From: a virus
Lineage: Duplodnaviria > Heunggongvirae > Uroviricota > Caudoviricetes
Strand: one strand, 5' to 3'
DNA length: 64,000 nt
IMG/VR virus record: IMGVR_UViG_3300038379_000173
Span: 1 to 64,000 of that record
Of the stretch, positions 53,685 through 63,892 are shown piece after piece. The notes under the pieces are model-generated. The model did not search any database. It was not told where the DNA came from and saw only the letters and a list, made by a program, of their open reading frames with translations. Both the position numbers and the translations under genes were made by a program. Numbering within the stretch: position 1 is the stretch's first letter; each line of letters opens with the position of its first letter.

Positions 53685-54334
53685 TTGTTTAGAGCCTTAA
53701 TAAGAGTGCTCGCCTCATCCTTTGTTAGTTCATCCGCCGAAGACTTCTTAGATTTGATAAGTGCCAAAGCGGCTTTTTCATTAATCTTCTTGCGTTCCGA
53801 CAAATTCTTAATGGCGTTTAGTTGAGCATCCGTCACACTCTCATCTTCGGGCTGCCCAATTTCCTCGCGTGTGGCCTTAGAGATATTGAACGCTTGACGA
53901 AAGGCTCTTGAGGCCGCCTTTGATTCTGCGACTGCTACAAGGTGATGACTGTAGGGTGCTTTATGTGCAGTTGGCGTCGCGTCGGCCACTCCACTAAATT
54001 GTGTGCCATCTTTGAATATCACAACGACTTTAACGGCAGCTATTGGATTATCCCTGGAGGGCGTATTGATAATCTCTGCACTGTAGATTTGAATACCACC
54101 GCGGTGTTTGTGGGCAATTCGTTGTAAGCCGCGCAGTAGAGGATACTCAGAGTCACCTTCCTTCCATCTCTCTTCGGATGTCAACTCGGCATAGTAGTCT
54201 TTGTCGGCATCAAATGGATTGGTGGTATACAATATACCTATTGAGGTAGTTGGAGATGGTAATTCCCCATAAGTTGTTTGGGGAAACAATGGTTTCATCC
54301 ATTGTTGTGGGTCGCCTGCGGTTGTCTCAATCAT
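53681..54334 (-). CDS. hypothetical protein (217 aa) with helical C-terminus
   Basis: ATGA overlaps. Confidence 0.5.
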   Translation of the reverse strand: MIETTAGDPQQWMKPLFPQTTYGELPSPTTSIGILYTTNPFDADKDYYAELTSEERWKEGDSEYPLLRGLQRIAHKHRGGIQIYSAEIINTPSRDNPIAAVKVVVIFKDGTQFSGVADATPTAHKAPYSHHLVAVAESKAASRAFRQAFNISKATREEIGQPEDESVTDAQLNAIKNLSERKKINEKAALALIKSKKSSADELTKDEASTLIKALNK

Positions 54335-54935
54335 ATAATGTCTCCGGTGCTCCTTGAGTTAAATAATACTCGACTTTACCATCCATCATTTCAACGGCAT
54401 GAACGATGTAAGCCTCGACGAATTGAGGAATGACAGGGGATGACCAGGCGCGGCGGCCATGGTGACTTAGAATAATATGGAGGAGGTTATTAGCCAACGC
54501 TGTGTTTATTCGAAGGGCCGGGTCAGCAAATTCATTCCACTTATCAATAGCCTTAGAAATATAAATTGTTCCCATCGGAATGTGATGTAGAAGGGCTGCC
54601 TGCTCATTGTATGAAGGTTTCCCGTTCTCGTCATACGAATAACTCCACGACTTTCCAATGTCATGTAGTAGTGTGCCCGCAACAACAAGGTCTTTGTCTA
54701 CATTAAAACCCATTGCGATATAGTGGTCAGCGATTGAAGCGGCTAAGCGAGTTGCGTGGACTGTATGAAAGGCTAGTCCACCTTTATATGCATGATGCTT
54801 ACCAGTTGAGCCGGCTGCCCCATAAAAATCTGTTGCACATTGCCCACCTGGCGCAAATAGCCACAATATAAAGCCGGCTAGATTTTTCTTGGCCATGCCG
54901 GCCGTCAAATCTTCGATGATGTTATATAAGTTCAT
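54327..54935 (-). CDS. HD-domain phosphohydrolase (YhaM-like)
   Basis: HHAYKGGLAFHT, LLHDIGK, ILSHHG motifs. Confidence 0.65.
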   Translation of the reverse strand: MNLYNIIEDLTAGMAKKNLAGFILWLFAPGGQCATDFYGAAGSTGKHHAYKGGLAFHTVHATRLAASIADHYIAMGFNVDKDLVVAGTLLHDIGKSWSYSYDENGKPSYNEQAALLHHIPMGTIYISKAIDKWNEFADPALRINTALANNLLHIILSHHGRRAWSSPVIPQFVEAYIVHAVEMMDGKVEYYLTQGAPETLYD

Positions 54936-54937
54936 GT

Positions 54938-55717
54938 TTACCTAGCATTAATATAGTGGACTTTATGCCTGTCGCCATTTTTCATTACTTCCTCAATGGC
55001 ATCCACAGCGCGCTCACAGAAAATCTTAGAGTGACTAGTAGAATGGTCACGCACTCTAAGGACAGTCCAATTATTTGACAACAACGTGGCATTTTTCCGC
55101 TCATCCTTATCTTGGACGCGTGCTAAATCATCTTCCCCGTAGATTGGACTAAAATGTGCTGGGCCATCCCACTCAATCGCAATGGCTTCGGATGGGATAG
55201 CGATATCAATTTCGAATGCGCCTCCTGGCGTATATTCTGTTGTACGCTGGGCCAATTTATAGCCGCGTGCAGCTAAAAGTCTTGCCACCATATTTTCATT
55301 TTTACTGCCGCGCCCCTGAGCCTTCCTATTTCCGCTCGTCATTTTACGAACTGCGAGGTCTTTTTCCTCGTCAGTCTTGCTTTGCCAAGTGCGCTTGGAA
55401 CGCTGAGCAATTTCCTCACACCGCTCTCTTTTTTCGTCCTCACTCATCCTATCCCAGTGGGCTTTTATGCCAGACGTAATGCGCTCCTTGGCTTCTTGGC
55501 TACGCGTGGTGCCAGTCGCAGGATGGTCGTGGGCCGCCAAATAATTAACCTGAGCATCAGAGCGCTCGCGCAATTTAATACCGAAGGATTTTAGAGCGCG
55601 CCGCACAGTGTTGGGGTGTGTACCAACATCACGTGCGATTTGCCACGTTGAAAGATTTTTATTGACATAATGCTCAGTCAGCCATGCGGCTGTTTTCCAA
55701 TTAATCTTGTTTGTCAT
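54938..55717 (-). CDS. HTH + Vsr/DUF559-like PD-(D/E)xK endonuclease-domain protein
   Basis: N-terminal HTH LSTWQIARDVGTHPNTVRRAL; C-terminal GGAFEIDIAIPSEAIAIEWDGPAHF (Vsr-like FVDG..H); ATG 55717 preferred over TTG 55744. Confidence 0.55.
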   Translation of the reverse strand: MTNKINWKTAAWLTEHYVNKNLSTWQIARDVGTHPNTVRRALKSFGIKLRERSDAQVNYLAAHDHPATGTTRSQEAKERITSGIKAHWDRMSEDEKRERCEEIAQRSKRTWQSKTDEEKDLAVRKMTSGNRKAQGRGSKNENMVARLLAARGYKLAQRTTEYTPGGAFEIDIAIPSEAIAIEWDGPAHFSPIYGEDDLARVQDKDERKNATLLSNNWTVLRVRDHSTSHSKIFCERAVDAIEEVMKNGDRHKVHYINAR

Positions 55718-55874
55718 TGTCTTTAAAAATTCGATGTGGGGCAAGACGCCGAAGTTCTGCTAAAATCTCTTCCGCACTCCTACCGTATTTCTTCTCCAAA
55801 AACTCAATGCCATAGTCAGTATATTCTGCTAAAAAGGCCCGCTCACGCTGCTTATTACCCTCTGGGATTATCAC
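55701..55874 (-). CDS. small hypothetical protein (57 aa)
   Basis: GTG with perfect RBS aggagg 6 nt upstream; not in the track (<60 aa). Confidence 0.4.
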   Translation of the reverse strand: MIIPEGNKQRERAFLAEYTDYGIEFLEKKYGRSAEEILAELRRLAPHRIFKDNDKQD

Positions 55875-56137
55875 TGAGACCTCCTGCGATTTTTAAGCTC
55901 CTCTTGGAGTTGACTCCAAAGAGTTTCTAATTCCCTGCGTAATTCGTCACGGCGCGCTTTTTGTTTCTCGCGTGCTTCGTTATCCGCAATTGAGACTTTT
56001 GGCATCGAGACCATTTCTTCGCGAATAGCGTTGTAACGACGGTAATAAGGCGCCAGGAAACTAGCGTCCTTAACTTCTTCGTCACTCTGAAAATTAAACT
56101 GGCGACGCAAACGTTTCATTGAAGCACCATTATCCAA
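55871..56137 (-). CDS. hypothetical charged helical protein (88 aa)
   Basis: ORF. Confidence 0.45.
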   Translation of the reverse strand: MDNGASMKRLRRQFNFQSDEEVKDASFLAPYYRRYNAIREEMVSMPKVSIADNEAREKQKARRDELRRELETLWSQLQEELKNRRRSQ

Positions 56138-56332
56138 CGCTTCTATGAACGCCTTCCGTTCCTCGTCATTTAAACTGCGACCGCAGTCAGGTTTGGAGCC
56201 TCAGCGGCGCCTTGGTTTCTTTTCAGTCATTATTGTCAAACAAGCTCAAGATTTCAAAGATTACACCAAAAATAAACAAGTAAACAAGAAATTCTAGCAA
56301 ACATGACATCAGCCATAACATAACTGTGGACA

Positions 56333-57298
56333 TTAGCCGCCCAAGCGCTTAAGGTCCGCACGCACCATTTCAGCTACTAACTCACTAAAGAAATAGAGCG
56401 GCTGCCACCCCAACGTCTCACGAATTTTGGTAGCATCCCCACAAAGCAAATCGACTTCAGCCGGCCGCATATAAGCCGTGTCACTTTGGACGTAACGCTC
56501 CCAATCATTAATACCCACAAAATGGAAAGCTTCGCGGCAAAAATCTGCCACACTATGAGTTTTACCAGTTGCAATAACAAAATCGTCCGGGGAAGAGTGT
56601 TGGAGAATGCGCCAGATTGCCTCCACTGAATCTTTGGCGTGCCCCCAGTCGCGTTTAGCCGCCAAATTCCCTAGGGTGAGTTTATCAGCTAGACCGAGCT
56701 TAATGCGTGCTACTCCATCTGTGATTTTGCGTGTAACAAATTCCAAACCCCTACGCGGGCCTTCTGAATTAAATAATATACCATTGGCAGCAAACATTCC
56801 GTAGGACTCGCGATAATTTCGTGTAATCCAATAGCCATATAGCTTGGCCGCCGCATAAGGGCTACGGGGATAGAAAGGTGTGGACTCGCGCTGTGGTGTC
56901 TCTTGCACCTTCCCATACATTTCGCTGGAAGAAGCTTGATAAAACCGCGTCGTTGGTGATATTTGTCGGAGAGCCTCAAGACAATTTGTAACTCCAAGGC
57001 CAGTCACCATTCCGGTATGAAATGGCTCATTCCACGAAGCTTTGACAAACGACATGGCCGCTAAGTTATAGAATTCATCAGGCCGCCACTTCTCTACCAA
57101 TCTATTGATTGACCCAGAATCTATGATATCGGCTTGTTCTAAATGAAACTTCTCAGAAGTGACGTGAGATAGATTGTCAAGACCGCCGACTGCACGACGG
57201 CGAGTCGTGCCAACTACCGTATAGGACTTTTCTAGTAGAAGGTCGATTAGGTGGGAGCCAAGCTGCCCATTAGCACCTGTTACTATAGCGACGGCCAT
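56333..57298 (-). CDS. gmd: GDP-mannose 4,6-dehydratase-like SDR
   Basis: N-terminal Rossmann VTGANGQLGSHLIDLLLEKSY; 321 aa extended-SDR. Confidence 0.75.
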   Translation of the reverse strand: MAVAIVTGANGQLGSHLIDLLLEKSYTVVGTTRRRAVGGLDNLSHVTSEKFHLEQADIIDSGSINRLVEKWRPDEFYNLAAMSFVKASWNEPFHTGMVTGLGVTNCLEALRQISPTTRFYQASSSEMYGKVQETPQRESTPFYPRSPYAAAKLYGYWITRNYRESYGMFAANGILFNSEGPRRGLEFVTRKITDGVARIKLGLADKLTLGNLAAKRDWGHAKDSVEAIWRILQHSSPDDFVIATGKTHSVADFCREAFHFVGINDWERYVQSDTAYMRPAEVDLLCGDATKIRETLGWQPLYFFSELVAEMVRADLKRLGG

Positions 57299-57516
57299 GA
57301 TGCACCTCTGCTATTAATTAAGCTTTTGAATTCACTATGATGATATAGTATTTGTCGTATGTATTCTACAACCTGAACAAAGCGGACCTTGTCTTTTAAC
57401 CTGTCATATATTGCTTCATTATCTAGGTCGCAGTTTAAAAAATCGTCAAGTCGCTCAACGTGGTAGAGTAGCTCTCGAAAGCTACCCCATTCTTCATTGC
57501 TTAAAATATGATGCAT
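57283..57516 (-). CDS. hypothetical protein (77 aa)
   Basis: ORF. Confidence 0.4.
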   Translation of the reverse strand: MHHILSNEEWGSFRELLYHVERLDDFLNCDLDNEAIYDRLKDKVRFVQVVEYIRQILYHHSEFKSLINSRGASWPSL

Positions 57517-57581
57517 TTGTTACCTCATTTGTTCCGCAAAAGTTGCGCAAACATTTGCGTGTAAAACCATGTGAACATCCT

Positions 57582-57935
57582 CTATTTTTGACACGATGAT
57601 ACTTTGAGTAGCACGCAACCGTTGGGACCGGCCACAATACGATGTAGGAGCGGCGGACGCACTATGATTGGTGTGAAATATAGCATGGTAAGGTCAATTA
57701 GGTTGTAGTTGTCCCACTCGTCGGGTTGCTCTAATTGGAGAGTAGCCGCCCCTTTTATGAGACTAAGATACTCCACTACAGATTGATTGTAAGTGAGCGG
57801 TAATCGTTCATTTGGTTTGATTTGTAGTTCTTCAACTATATATTTGGGCTTAGCGACCAATACCTCAGACGTGCCCCATGACATAGTGGCGACAGCTCGC
57901 GGTAATTCATTTACTTCTTCTATTGTCATCAGCAT
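57582..57935 (-). CDS. hypothetical protein (117 aa)
   Basis: ORF. Confidence 0.45.
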   Translation of the reverse strand: MLMTIEEVNELPRAVATMSWGTSEVLVAKPKYIVEELQIKPNERLPLTYNQSVVEYLSLIKGAATLQLEQPDEWDNYNLIDLTMLYFTPIIVRPPLLHRIVAGPNGCVLLKVSSCQK

Positions 57936-58591
57936 TGCTTACCCCGCATTCTACTAATATGGTCAAAGAGAGTGCGTACGTTTAAATCCTCGAAAGAGGA
58001 TAATTCCCAGACATAACATCCAGCTTCGCGGGCGCTTTGAATCCCCTTGGGGCTATCCTCTACTACCAAACAATTCTTAGGCGGAACATACAAGAGATGG
58101 GCCGCCTTTTGATATGGAAAAGGAGATGGTTTAATAGCTTCGCCCACATCTTCGTTCGTAACAACAACGCTCATAAATTGCTTTAGATGAGCGCGTTCCA
58201 ACATCATCTCGGTTGTATAGCGAGAACAATTTGTTACTAGACCTACGGGCGCTAAAGATTCGGCATATGCGACTGTATCTGTTACGCGTGTTATTGGGTG
58301 ACAATATTTCTCTATGTATTGAACGGTCAAAAGCTGTTTCTGTTGGTTTATTGTGTCCCAGAGAGCTTTATCGTTTGATAGCCGACCTTCAGCAGCCAAT
58401 ATTTGCAGTTTGCGTTGTGTAGATAGACCGTTGAATCGTTGGGAGTGTTCTAGTTCGGTAACCTGAATACCAGCACACCAAGAAAGTGCGGCCAAAAACG
58501 CCTGTTCGTGCCACTGGGCCGCATTAACTAGCGTTCCATCTAAATCAAACAGGAAAGCTGCTGGGATTCTAGGTCTATCCAGACTGTCCAT
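57929..58591 (-). CDS. HAD-superfamily hydrolase (beta-phosphoglucomutase/phosphatase-like)
   Basis: motif I FLFDLDGTLV. Confidence 0.7.
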   Translation of the reverse strand: MDSLDRPRIPAAFLFDLDGTLVNAAQWHEQAFLAALSWCAGIQVTELEHSQRFNGLSTQRKLQILAAEGRLSNDKALWDTINQQKQLLTVQYIEKYCHPITRVTDTVAYAESLAPVGLVTNCSRYTTEMMLERAHLKQFMSVVVTNEDVGEAIKPSPFPYQKAAHLLYVPPKNCLVVEDSPKGIQSAREAGCYVWELSSFEDLNVRTLFDHISRMRGKQC

Positions 58592-58826
58592 AGGACTTTA
58601 CCTCATCTGTAACATTAGCAGCCCCAGGGGTCATTTTATTCAGGAGATTTTTGAGTTTAGACCGTTGCTCGCACAACGCTATGTCTTTAGCCATTAGAGC
58701 GGCCAACTCTTCCTTTGTATAATTCTCTGGACTACGCGCCATTAAAGTTTTGGTATTACACAAATCATACATTTTTGCGTTAACTATAGAGAGAGCATCT
58801 ACCAAATCACCAAGTAGCATTACCAT
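58575..58826 (-). CDS. hypothetical protein (83 aa)
   Basis: ORF. Confidence 0.45.
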   Translation of the reverse strand: MVMLLGDLVDALSIVNAKMYDLCNTKTLMARSPENYTKEELAALMAKDIALCEQRSKLKNLLNKMTPGAANVTDEVKSYGQSG

Positions 58827-59644
58827 TTCTCCAAATCTAGCCCATAAGCAGCTAGGGCTGCTGCGTTTTTAGCTTCACGTTGCTCTCGCGGACAATGCAA
58901 TTGGTTGCCGAAATGTATAAATGAACCCCAGTGAGAATGCACACCCCATTGAACCGGGCGATGCTTGCAAACTTTGTATGTGAGACGGTCCAACAAAATA
59001 GTAGTAGTATCACCCCAGCCACAATACTTGCGGTAAGTTTTCTCTACAAGATTCTCAACTAAAGTTTTCTCTGTAGAGAATTGTTCTTGTAATGAAGAGA
59101 CCTTCATGTCATACAAAAATGTAGTATCCTTTGCAAATTCGTGGTCTACTGCAAAAATCTGCGGCATAATTTCATGGCCATCAAATGTTAGCTCAAAGGA
59201 CTGTCCACCATGCTCCATTTGATATGGCCCCTGTGGCCCTACCGTATCACATGCGACTGGCCGCCCGCTTACCTTCCACTTTTCAAACTCAGCCCAAAAC
59301 CCCTGTTCGTTCAACAGTAGTATGTCCCCGTGCATATGCAGGATGTTTTCAATTGGCCCCATCTCGCGCTCTAAGTCCTTTATTTCCAACATTCCATGTG
59401 TGATTTGGCGCATGATGGAAGTGGAGACCAATTCGTTGAATTTCTTTCCTACTATATCTTTCAGATGCACCACGCGCGTGTATGGGTCGCTTTCAAAGCG
59501 TAAGGTGTGGTCCTTGTCGCCAGTAATAACCACTACGATGGGCGCTTCGCGCGCGGAGGTCCATTTGGTGCGCAACATATTGACTGTAAAAGTCACTTCC
59601 TTCATAGTATCGTAGGAAGTTATTAGGAAAGCTAGCTTAGGCAA
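58820..59644 (-). CDS. hypothetical protein (274 aa), possible glycosyltransferase
   Basis: position within the sugar operon only; no motif confidently recognised. Confidence 0.45.
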   Translation of the reverse strand: MPKLAFLITSYDTMKEVTFTVNMLRTKWTSAREAPIVVVITGDKDHTLRFESDPYTRVVHLKDIVGKKFNELVSTSIMRQITHGMLEIKDLEREMGPIENILHMHGDILLLNEQGFWAEFEKWKVSGRPVACDTVGPQGPYQMEHGGQSFELTFDGHEIMPQIFAVDHEFAKDTTFLYDMKVSSLQEQFSTEKTLVENLVEKTYRKYCGWGDTTTILLDRLTYKVCKHRPVQWGVHSHWGSFIHFGNQLHCPREQREAKNAAALAAYGLDLEKW

Positions 59645-60530
59645 GTGTCACCATTCTTTGTAATTTTCCATCCCAATTAAAAGCTTCAAACGATTCAGTG
59701 TCGTTTAGAGAATAAATGGCCACCTTGTAGTCGTCTGGGGTTCCCATTGGAACCATCAACTCAACTGGATATGTTCTAATATCAAATTTTAGTATTTCAT
59801 TGTAAACTGGACAGACATAAAATTCGCCATTAACCCTCTTATTTTGTTTTATCATAGAGTGCGCCGCATCAACGAAGGTCCCGCCGGTCCAAAAATAATA
59901 GATACCGACTGTAGCTCGGTCACTTATTGGCTGTTTCTCTGCAACTTCTTCAACAAAACCGCGTTGGTTCAACTTAGCATACGACCAACGAGTATCATTC
60001 TCCTTGTAAGGTTTAAAGGTCGCAATCATACCTCCGCACGAATCGTAAATTGCTTGGTTCAACATGTCTTGGATTGTACCAGTCTCCATAATCCATTGAT
60101 GGCCACCCTGGAACGCACGGACATGCACTTTATTTCGCACATTCCAAACACACAATTGGTCTGAATTCGCAATGACTAACTCGTCATAATTATCGATTAG
60201 GTCTTCTGCCATCAAGACAGTACAAGCCGCACCCTCAGTTACTTTGTCAACTACACGAACGACTGTTTTAGCCCTCAACTCTTCTGGCATCTGTGATTCC
60301 CAGAGAGGAAGATGCTCTGAGCGTAATAGAACAATATAGCGATGTGGCATAAGGGGCATGACATTATACATTACGCGCGCCAACATTGGCAGACCACCAA
60401 CATCCAAGAATGGTTTTGGCGTAGTATAGCCAGCTTCCAAGAAGCGCCGACCAGCCCCAGCCGCAGGTATAACAATATTAAGCATTTTTGTTCCAAACCC
60501 CAAAGATAACAGCGCCGCCATCTGTGCCAA
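59637..60530 (-). CDS. sugar-phosphate nucleotidyltransferase
   Basis: N-terminal IVIPAAGAGRRF...PKPFLDVGGLPM signature. Confidence 0.75.
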   Translation of the reverse strand: MAQMAALLSLGFGTKMLNIVIPAAGAGRRFLEAGYTTPKPFLDVGGLPMLARVMYNVMPLMPHRYIVLLRSEHLPLWESQMPEELRAKTVVRVVDKVTEGAACTVLMAEDLIDNYDELVIANSDQLCVWNVRNKVHVRAFQGGHQWIMETGTIQDMLNQAIYDSCGGMIATFKPYKENDTRWSYAKLNQRGFVEEVAEKQPISDRATVGIYYFWTGGTFVDAAHSMIKQNKRVNGEFYVCPVYNEILKFDIRTYPVELMVPMGTPDDYKVAIYSLNDTESFEAFNWDGKLQRMVTLA

Positions 60531-61083
60531 TTTGTGCCGCGCACTGTTTCACCCTATGATAATTCCTATCGCAATCGACAGTAAATCCCAGGGCGACTAA
60601 ATCCTCCGTAACCCATGTACTTTTGTGTCGCTGTGCCTCTACTGCCACTTCTTTTTCACCCTTAGCTTCAATTTTAGCAGCACAGCTTGTTTCGCCAAAC
60701 CCGAAAGATTCTTCACCACTCTGGTTACAAGTCCCGTGTGGCGCAAAGATAATGATGCGCCGCGCGACTTTTTGAAGACGCTTAAGTAAATCCAACCCCG
60801 CATCTTTTTCTACGTGCTCGAGAAAATCAATGAGAGTGAAAACATCGGGAGTTATACCAGATGTGGCTAACAGTCTATCGAATTCAAGAGCGTTCCCATG
60901 TATGACAACCCAATCGCCTGGCACGCGGTTCTCAATATAAGATGAAATTAACTCTATACCAACACGCTGCCGACTACGGTAGTGTGGAAAATTCTCGAAG
61001 TGTCCAGCGCCCAATTCACACACACTATACATATCCTTAGTATTGTCGGACAAGAAACTCAAGAATTTAGGCATGTTGGCCAT
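60478..61083 (-). CDS. putative SAM-dependent methyltransferase
   Basis: VCELGAGHF (motif I-like) and VFTLIDFLEHV; tentative. Confidence 0.45.
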   Translation of the reverse strand: MANMPKFLSFLSDNTKDMYSVCELGAGHFENFPHYRSRQRVGIELISSYIENRVPGDWVVIHGNALEFDRLLATSGITPDVFTLIDFLEHVEKDAGLDLLKRLQKVARRIIIFAPHGTCNQSGEESFGFGETSCAAKIEAKGEKEVAVEAQRHKSTWVTEDLVALGFTVDCDRNYHRVKQCAAQIGTDGGAVIFGVWNKNA

Positions 61084-62188
61084 TATGAAGTCTCCTAAAG
61101 TATTCTACTACTTCCTTGACTGTCTCTTCTAGAGAGATATCTGCCTTCCAACCTAACTCATTGGCTGCTAACTCAACAGATGGTAGACGCACTTGAACGT
61201 CATGTTCAAATGGTTTTTCGCTTTCCCACGCAAATGGGACTGCCGACCCGTGAACTTCTCGCCATACCATTTCGGCCAACTCTAATATGGAAGTTTTACG
61301 GGCAACAGAGATATTAAAAGCGCGGTTAATCTTTCCTCTGTGTTCCATGACCGCAGCGACGCCACGCGCAATATCCTTGCCATGCGTAAAACATCTTACT
61401 TGCTGACCATCTCCGTAGAGTCTCAGTGGATTTTGGCCGCGCAAACATTTTACGACTAGGTCAGGTAGCACATGAGACATGCGTAACTTGATATTGCCAC
61501 TTTGAACTTCAGGCTCATTCGGTGACTCTTCCTCGCCTAACCCCACAGCATTGAATGGTCGCACTATACCATAGTCTAGTCCGTATTGAGTGTGAGCGCC
61601 CTCGGCAAAATATTCAATGGCCAACTTGCTAAATCCATAGGTACTATAGGGGGGTGGAAATTGTTTAGTTTGCCACTCGTGAGAAGGCCAAATAGATTTG
61701 TGTAACGCGCTCTGGTAAACTTTATCATCTACAGAATTATCATTAGATATATATTGAAGGTGTTCTAAATGTGCGTCCGCACCTTCGTATACCATCGAGG
61801 AAGATATAACAACTACTTTCTCTAGGGCCGATTCTTTGTATGCTTTAATAGCCGCATCGAAAGTGTTGGCCGCAATCCGCTCGTTTGTTGCCAGGAGGTC
61901 ATAGGCCCTGTCATGGAAGTATTTAATGCCGCCGACCATTGCGGCCCCGGCAATCAAATATTTAACTGAATAGCGCTTTAGAACATTGAATAACTTCACC
62001 ACAGCATACATGCCAGTAAGGTCCATCTCAACAAAGCGGAAATATGGATGGTTATCGTAGTCGCGTGCAACCTTCCCATATTTTGAATAGTTATCAATTC
62101 CAATAACGCGATAATCGTTCTCAAGTAGGTGGCGGCAAATATAGCCACCAAGAAAACCCTGGGAACCCGTCACACAGACAGTTTTCAT
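61067..62188 (-). CDS. NAD-dependent sugar epimerase/dehydratase (extended SDR)
   Basis: VCVTGSQGFLGGYICRHL Rossmann; YGFSKLAIEYF (YxxxK). Confidence 0.8.
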   Translation of the reverse strand: MKTVCVTGSQGFLGGYICRHLLENDYRVIGIDNYSKYGKVARDYDNHPYFRFVEMDLTGMYAVVKLFNVLKRYSVKYLIAGAAMVGGIKYFHDRAYDLLATNERIAANTFDAAIKAYKESALEKVVVISSSMVYEGADAHLEHLQYISNDNSVDDKVYQSALHKSIWPSHEWQTKQFPPPYSTYGFSKLAIEYFAEGAHTQYGLDYGIVRPFNAVGLGEEESPNEPEVQSGNIKLRMSHVLPDLVVKCLRGQNPLRLYGDGQQVRCFTHGKDIARGVAAVMEHRGKINRAFNISVARKTSILELAEMVWREVHGSAVPFAWESEKPFEHDVQVRLPSVELAANELGWKADISLEETVKEVVEYFRRLHNGQHA

Positions 62189-62481
62189 TGGGCCACATCA
62201 CCTTTCAATTCATTCTTGGGCGGCAAATCGTAATCATATAAGCCAAGTCGTTGGGCCTCGGCTGTTAATTCGTCGGCTGCTGCTTTTAGTTTTTCGTTAT
62301 CGTCACCGAAGAACTGTTTATTCCACAAAGAGGCAAGGCCCCACACTTCCCTTTGGTCCTCTGGCGACAATTGTTCGTAGATATCATCTAAGGATGAATG
62401 TAGTGCGGCCATTCTTTCATAGAGTTTGGCACGTACCCTTAGTAGGGTTAGATACACGCCTTTGTAGTCATCTATTGTCAT
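62185..62481 (-). CDS. hypothetical protein (98 aa)
   Basis: ATGA overlap. Confidence 0.45.
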   Translation of the reverse strand: MTIDDYKGVYLTLLRVRAKLYERMAALHSSLDDIYEQLSPEDQREVWGLASLWNKQFFGDDNEKLKAAADELTAEAQRLGLYDYDLPPKNELKGDVAQ

Positions 62482-62633
62482 AGATAAATCCTAAGGAGAA
62501 TAAGGATGGTGGCAAGTAAACATACTGTGCCGTAGCACACACCGTATTGAATATAGGTCAATAGACACAAAATAGCCGCACAAAACCATGCACCATATTC
62601 AACATGGGCTAATGACTTAAACTGACGATTCAT
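62478..62633 (-). CDS. small membrane protein (51 aa)
   Basis: ATGA-coupled at both ends; hydrophobic; not in the track. Confidence 0.35.
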   Translation of the reverse strand: MNRQFKSLAHVEYGAWFCAAILCLLTYIQYGVCYGTVCLLATILILLRIYL

Positions 62634-63523
62634 TTGCGCATCCCACTTGGGACAGTAACATCATAGAGTTTGTTGTCATCGCGCACTACACGAAATATTT
62701 CGGCCGGAACATCTAAGTCACTGGCAAGTTTTGTGAACGCTGAAACTTCCTTGGGTAGACATTGGCCTGCATACCCACGCCATTGTTCATTACAATCCAA
62801 ATAGGAATTTTCAATGCAAGATTGTTTGCACACCGCGTTTTTAACTGCTGTGTAATCAGCCCCAAGACGCTCGCATACCTCATAGAAACCATTGGCAAAA
62901 ATAATTTTGGTGGCCCTATAGACATTATTAAAGTATTTGACCAATTCTGCCTCAGTGGAGGTGAGGCGAACGAAATTTTGTGGGTAATGACCATGAAGGT
63001 CGCAGATTATCTTGTATACCTGTGCGTCATAATCTACCCAATGCGGCATTGGCTCAGAACGATAAGGTAGGCCCACAACACATACTTCATGGTGCTCAGT
63101 GAAGTCGCTAAAAGCCGAACGCTCACGTAAAAATTCAGGGACGAAACAAAGGCGGAGTAGATGGCCATCGCGAAATTCATCTGAATACTTTTGGTAAGTC
63201 TCTTGATATTTATTGAAAAGCCGCTGTGTCGTGCCAGGTAAAACGGTAGACTTAATCGCAATGATTCCAAGATAGCGCGCAGCTATCAATTCGTCAACTA
63301 CACCCTCAACAATGGATGTGTCGCAACTACCATCAGCAGCCATTGGCGTAGGCACACAGATAAAACACACTCCGGTGTTGAGTACCGCCTGGATTGTAGT
63401 GCCAAGACGTAAATCGTGCCTAAAAATGCGGTGGCCGAGGCGCTCGAGACCGAGCGCCACGGCACTACCGACACAACCTTCACTGCCAATAATGCCTATG
63501 GGGACATTAATCAATTGGAACAT
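62630..63523 (-). CDS. UDP-glucose/GDP-mannose dehydrogenase-family protein (shortened)
   Basis: GIIGSEGCVGSAVALGLERLGH; CVPTPMAADGSCD; VPEFLRERSAFSDF; ATG 63523 preferred over 63598. Confidence 0.65.
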   Translation of the reverse strand: MFQLINVPIGIIGSEGCVGSAVALGLERLGHRIFRHDLRLGTTIQAVLNTGVCFICVPTPMAADGSCDTSIVEGVVDELIAARYLGIIAIKSTVLPGTTQRLFNKYQETYQKYSDEFRDGHLLRLCFVPEFLRERSAFSDFTEHHEVCVVGLPYRSEPMPHWVDYDAQVYKIICDLHGHYPQNFVRLTSTEAELVKYFNNVYRATKIIFANGFYEVCERLGADYTAVKNAVCKQSCIENSYLDCNEQWRGYAGQCLPKEVSAFTKLASDLDVPAEIFRVVRDDNKLYDVTVPSGMRK

Positions 63524-63869
63524 TAACCTCATCCAGTCTTGTTGACTGTCTCGGCACACGAATTGTAAGTACTCCATCTGCAAGAGTAGCCTTAACATCC
63601 TGTGGAGTAGCCGTTCCGATTGTCACCGACTTAGCGAAACTAAGACCTTTCTTAGAGCCCGAAACATTAAGTCTGGTAGGCGTTACAGTTACTTTTACAT
63701 CCTTCTTGGAAACCCCAGGAAGTTCCAATGTATAAACCCATTCTTTATCAGTTGGCTCAACTGATAAACCAGAAGATGCTGACAAATCCATAAAAAGAGA
63801 CGATGGCCAATCCAAAATTTGTCGGGTTGGCGCATTAAAAACATCATCCAAGAGAGACAACATTCCCAC
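63507..63869 (-). CDS. Hsp20/alpha-crystallin small heat-shock protein
   Basis: C-terminal ADGVLTIRVPRQ motif; ~120 aa; GTG 63869 or ATG 63863. Confidence 0.7.
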   Translation of the reverse strand: MGMLSLLDDVFNAPTRQILDWPSSLFMDLSASSGLSVEPTDKEWVYTLELPGVSKKDVKVTVTPTRLNVSGSKKGLSFAKSVTIGTATPQDVKATLADGVLTIRVPRQSTRLDEVNVPID

Positions 63870-63892
63870 AATACACCTTCCTTTCTGTCTTT

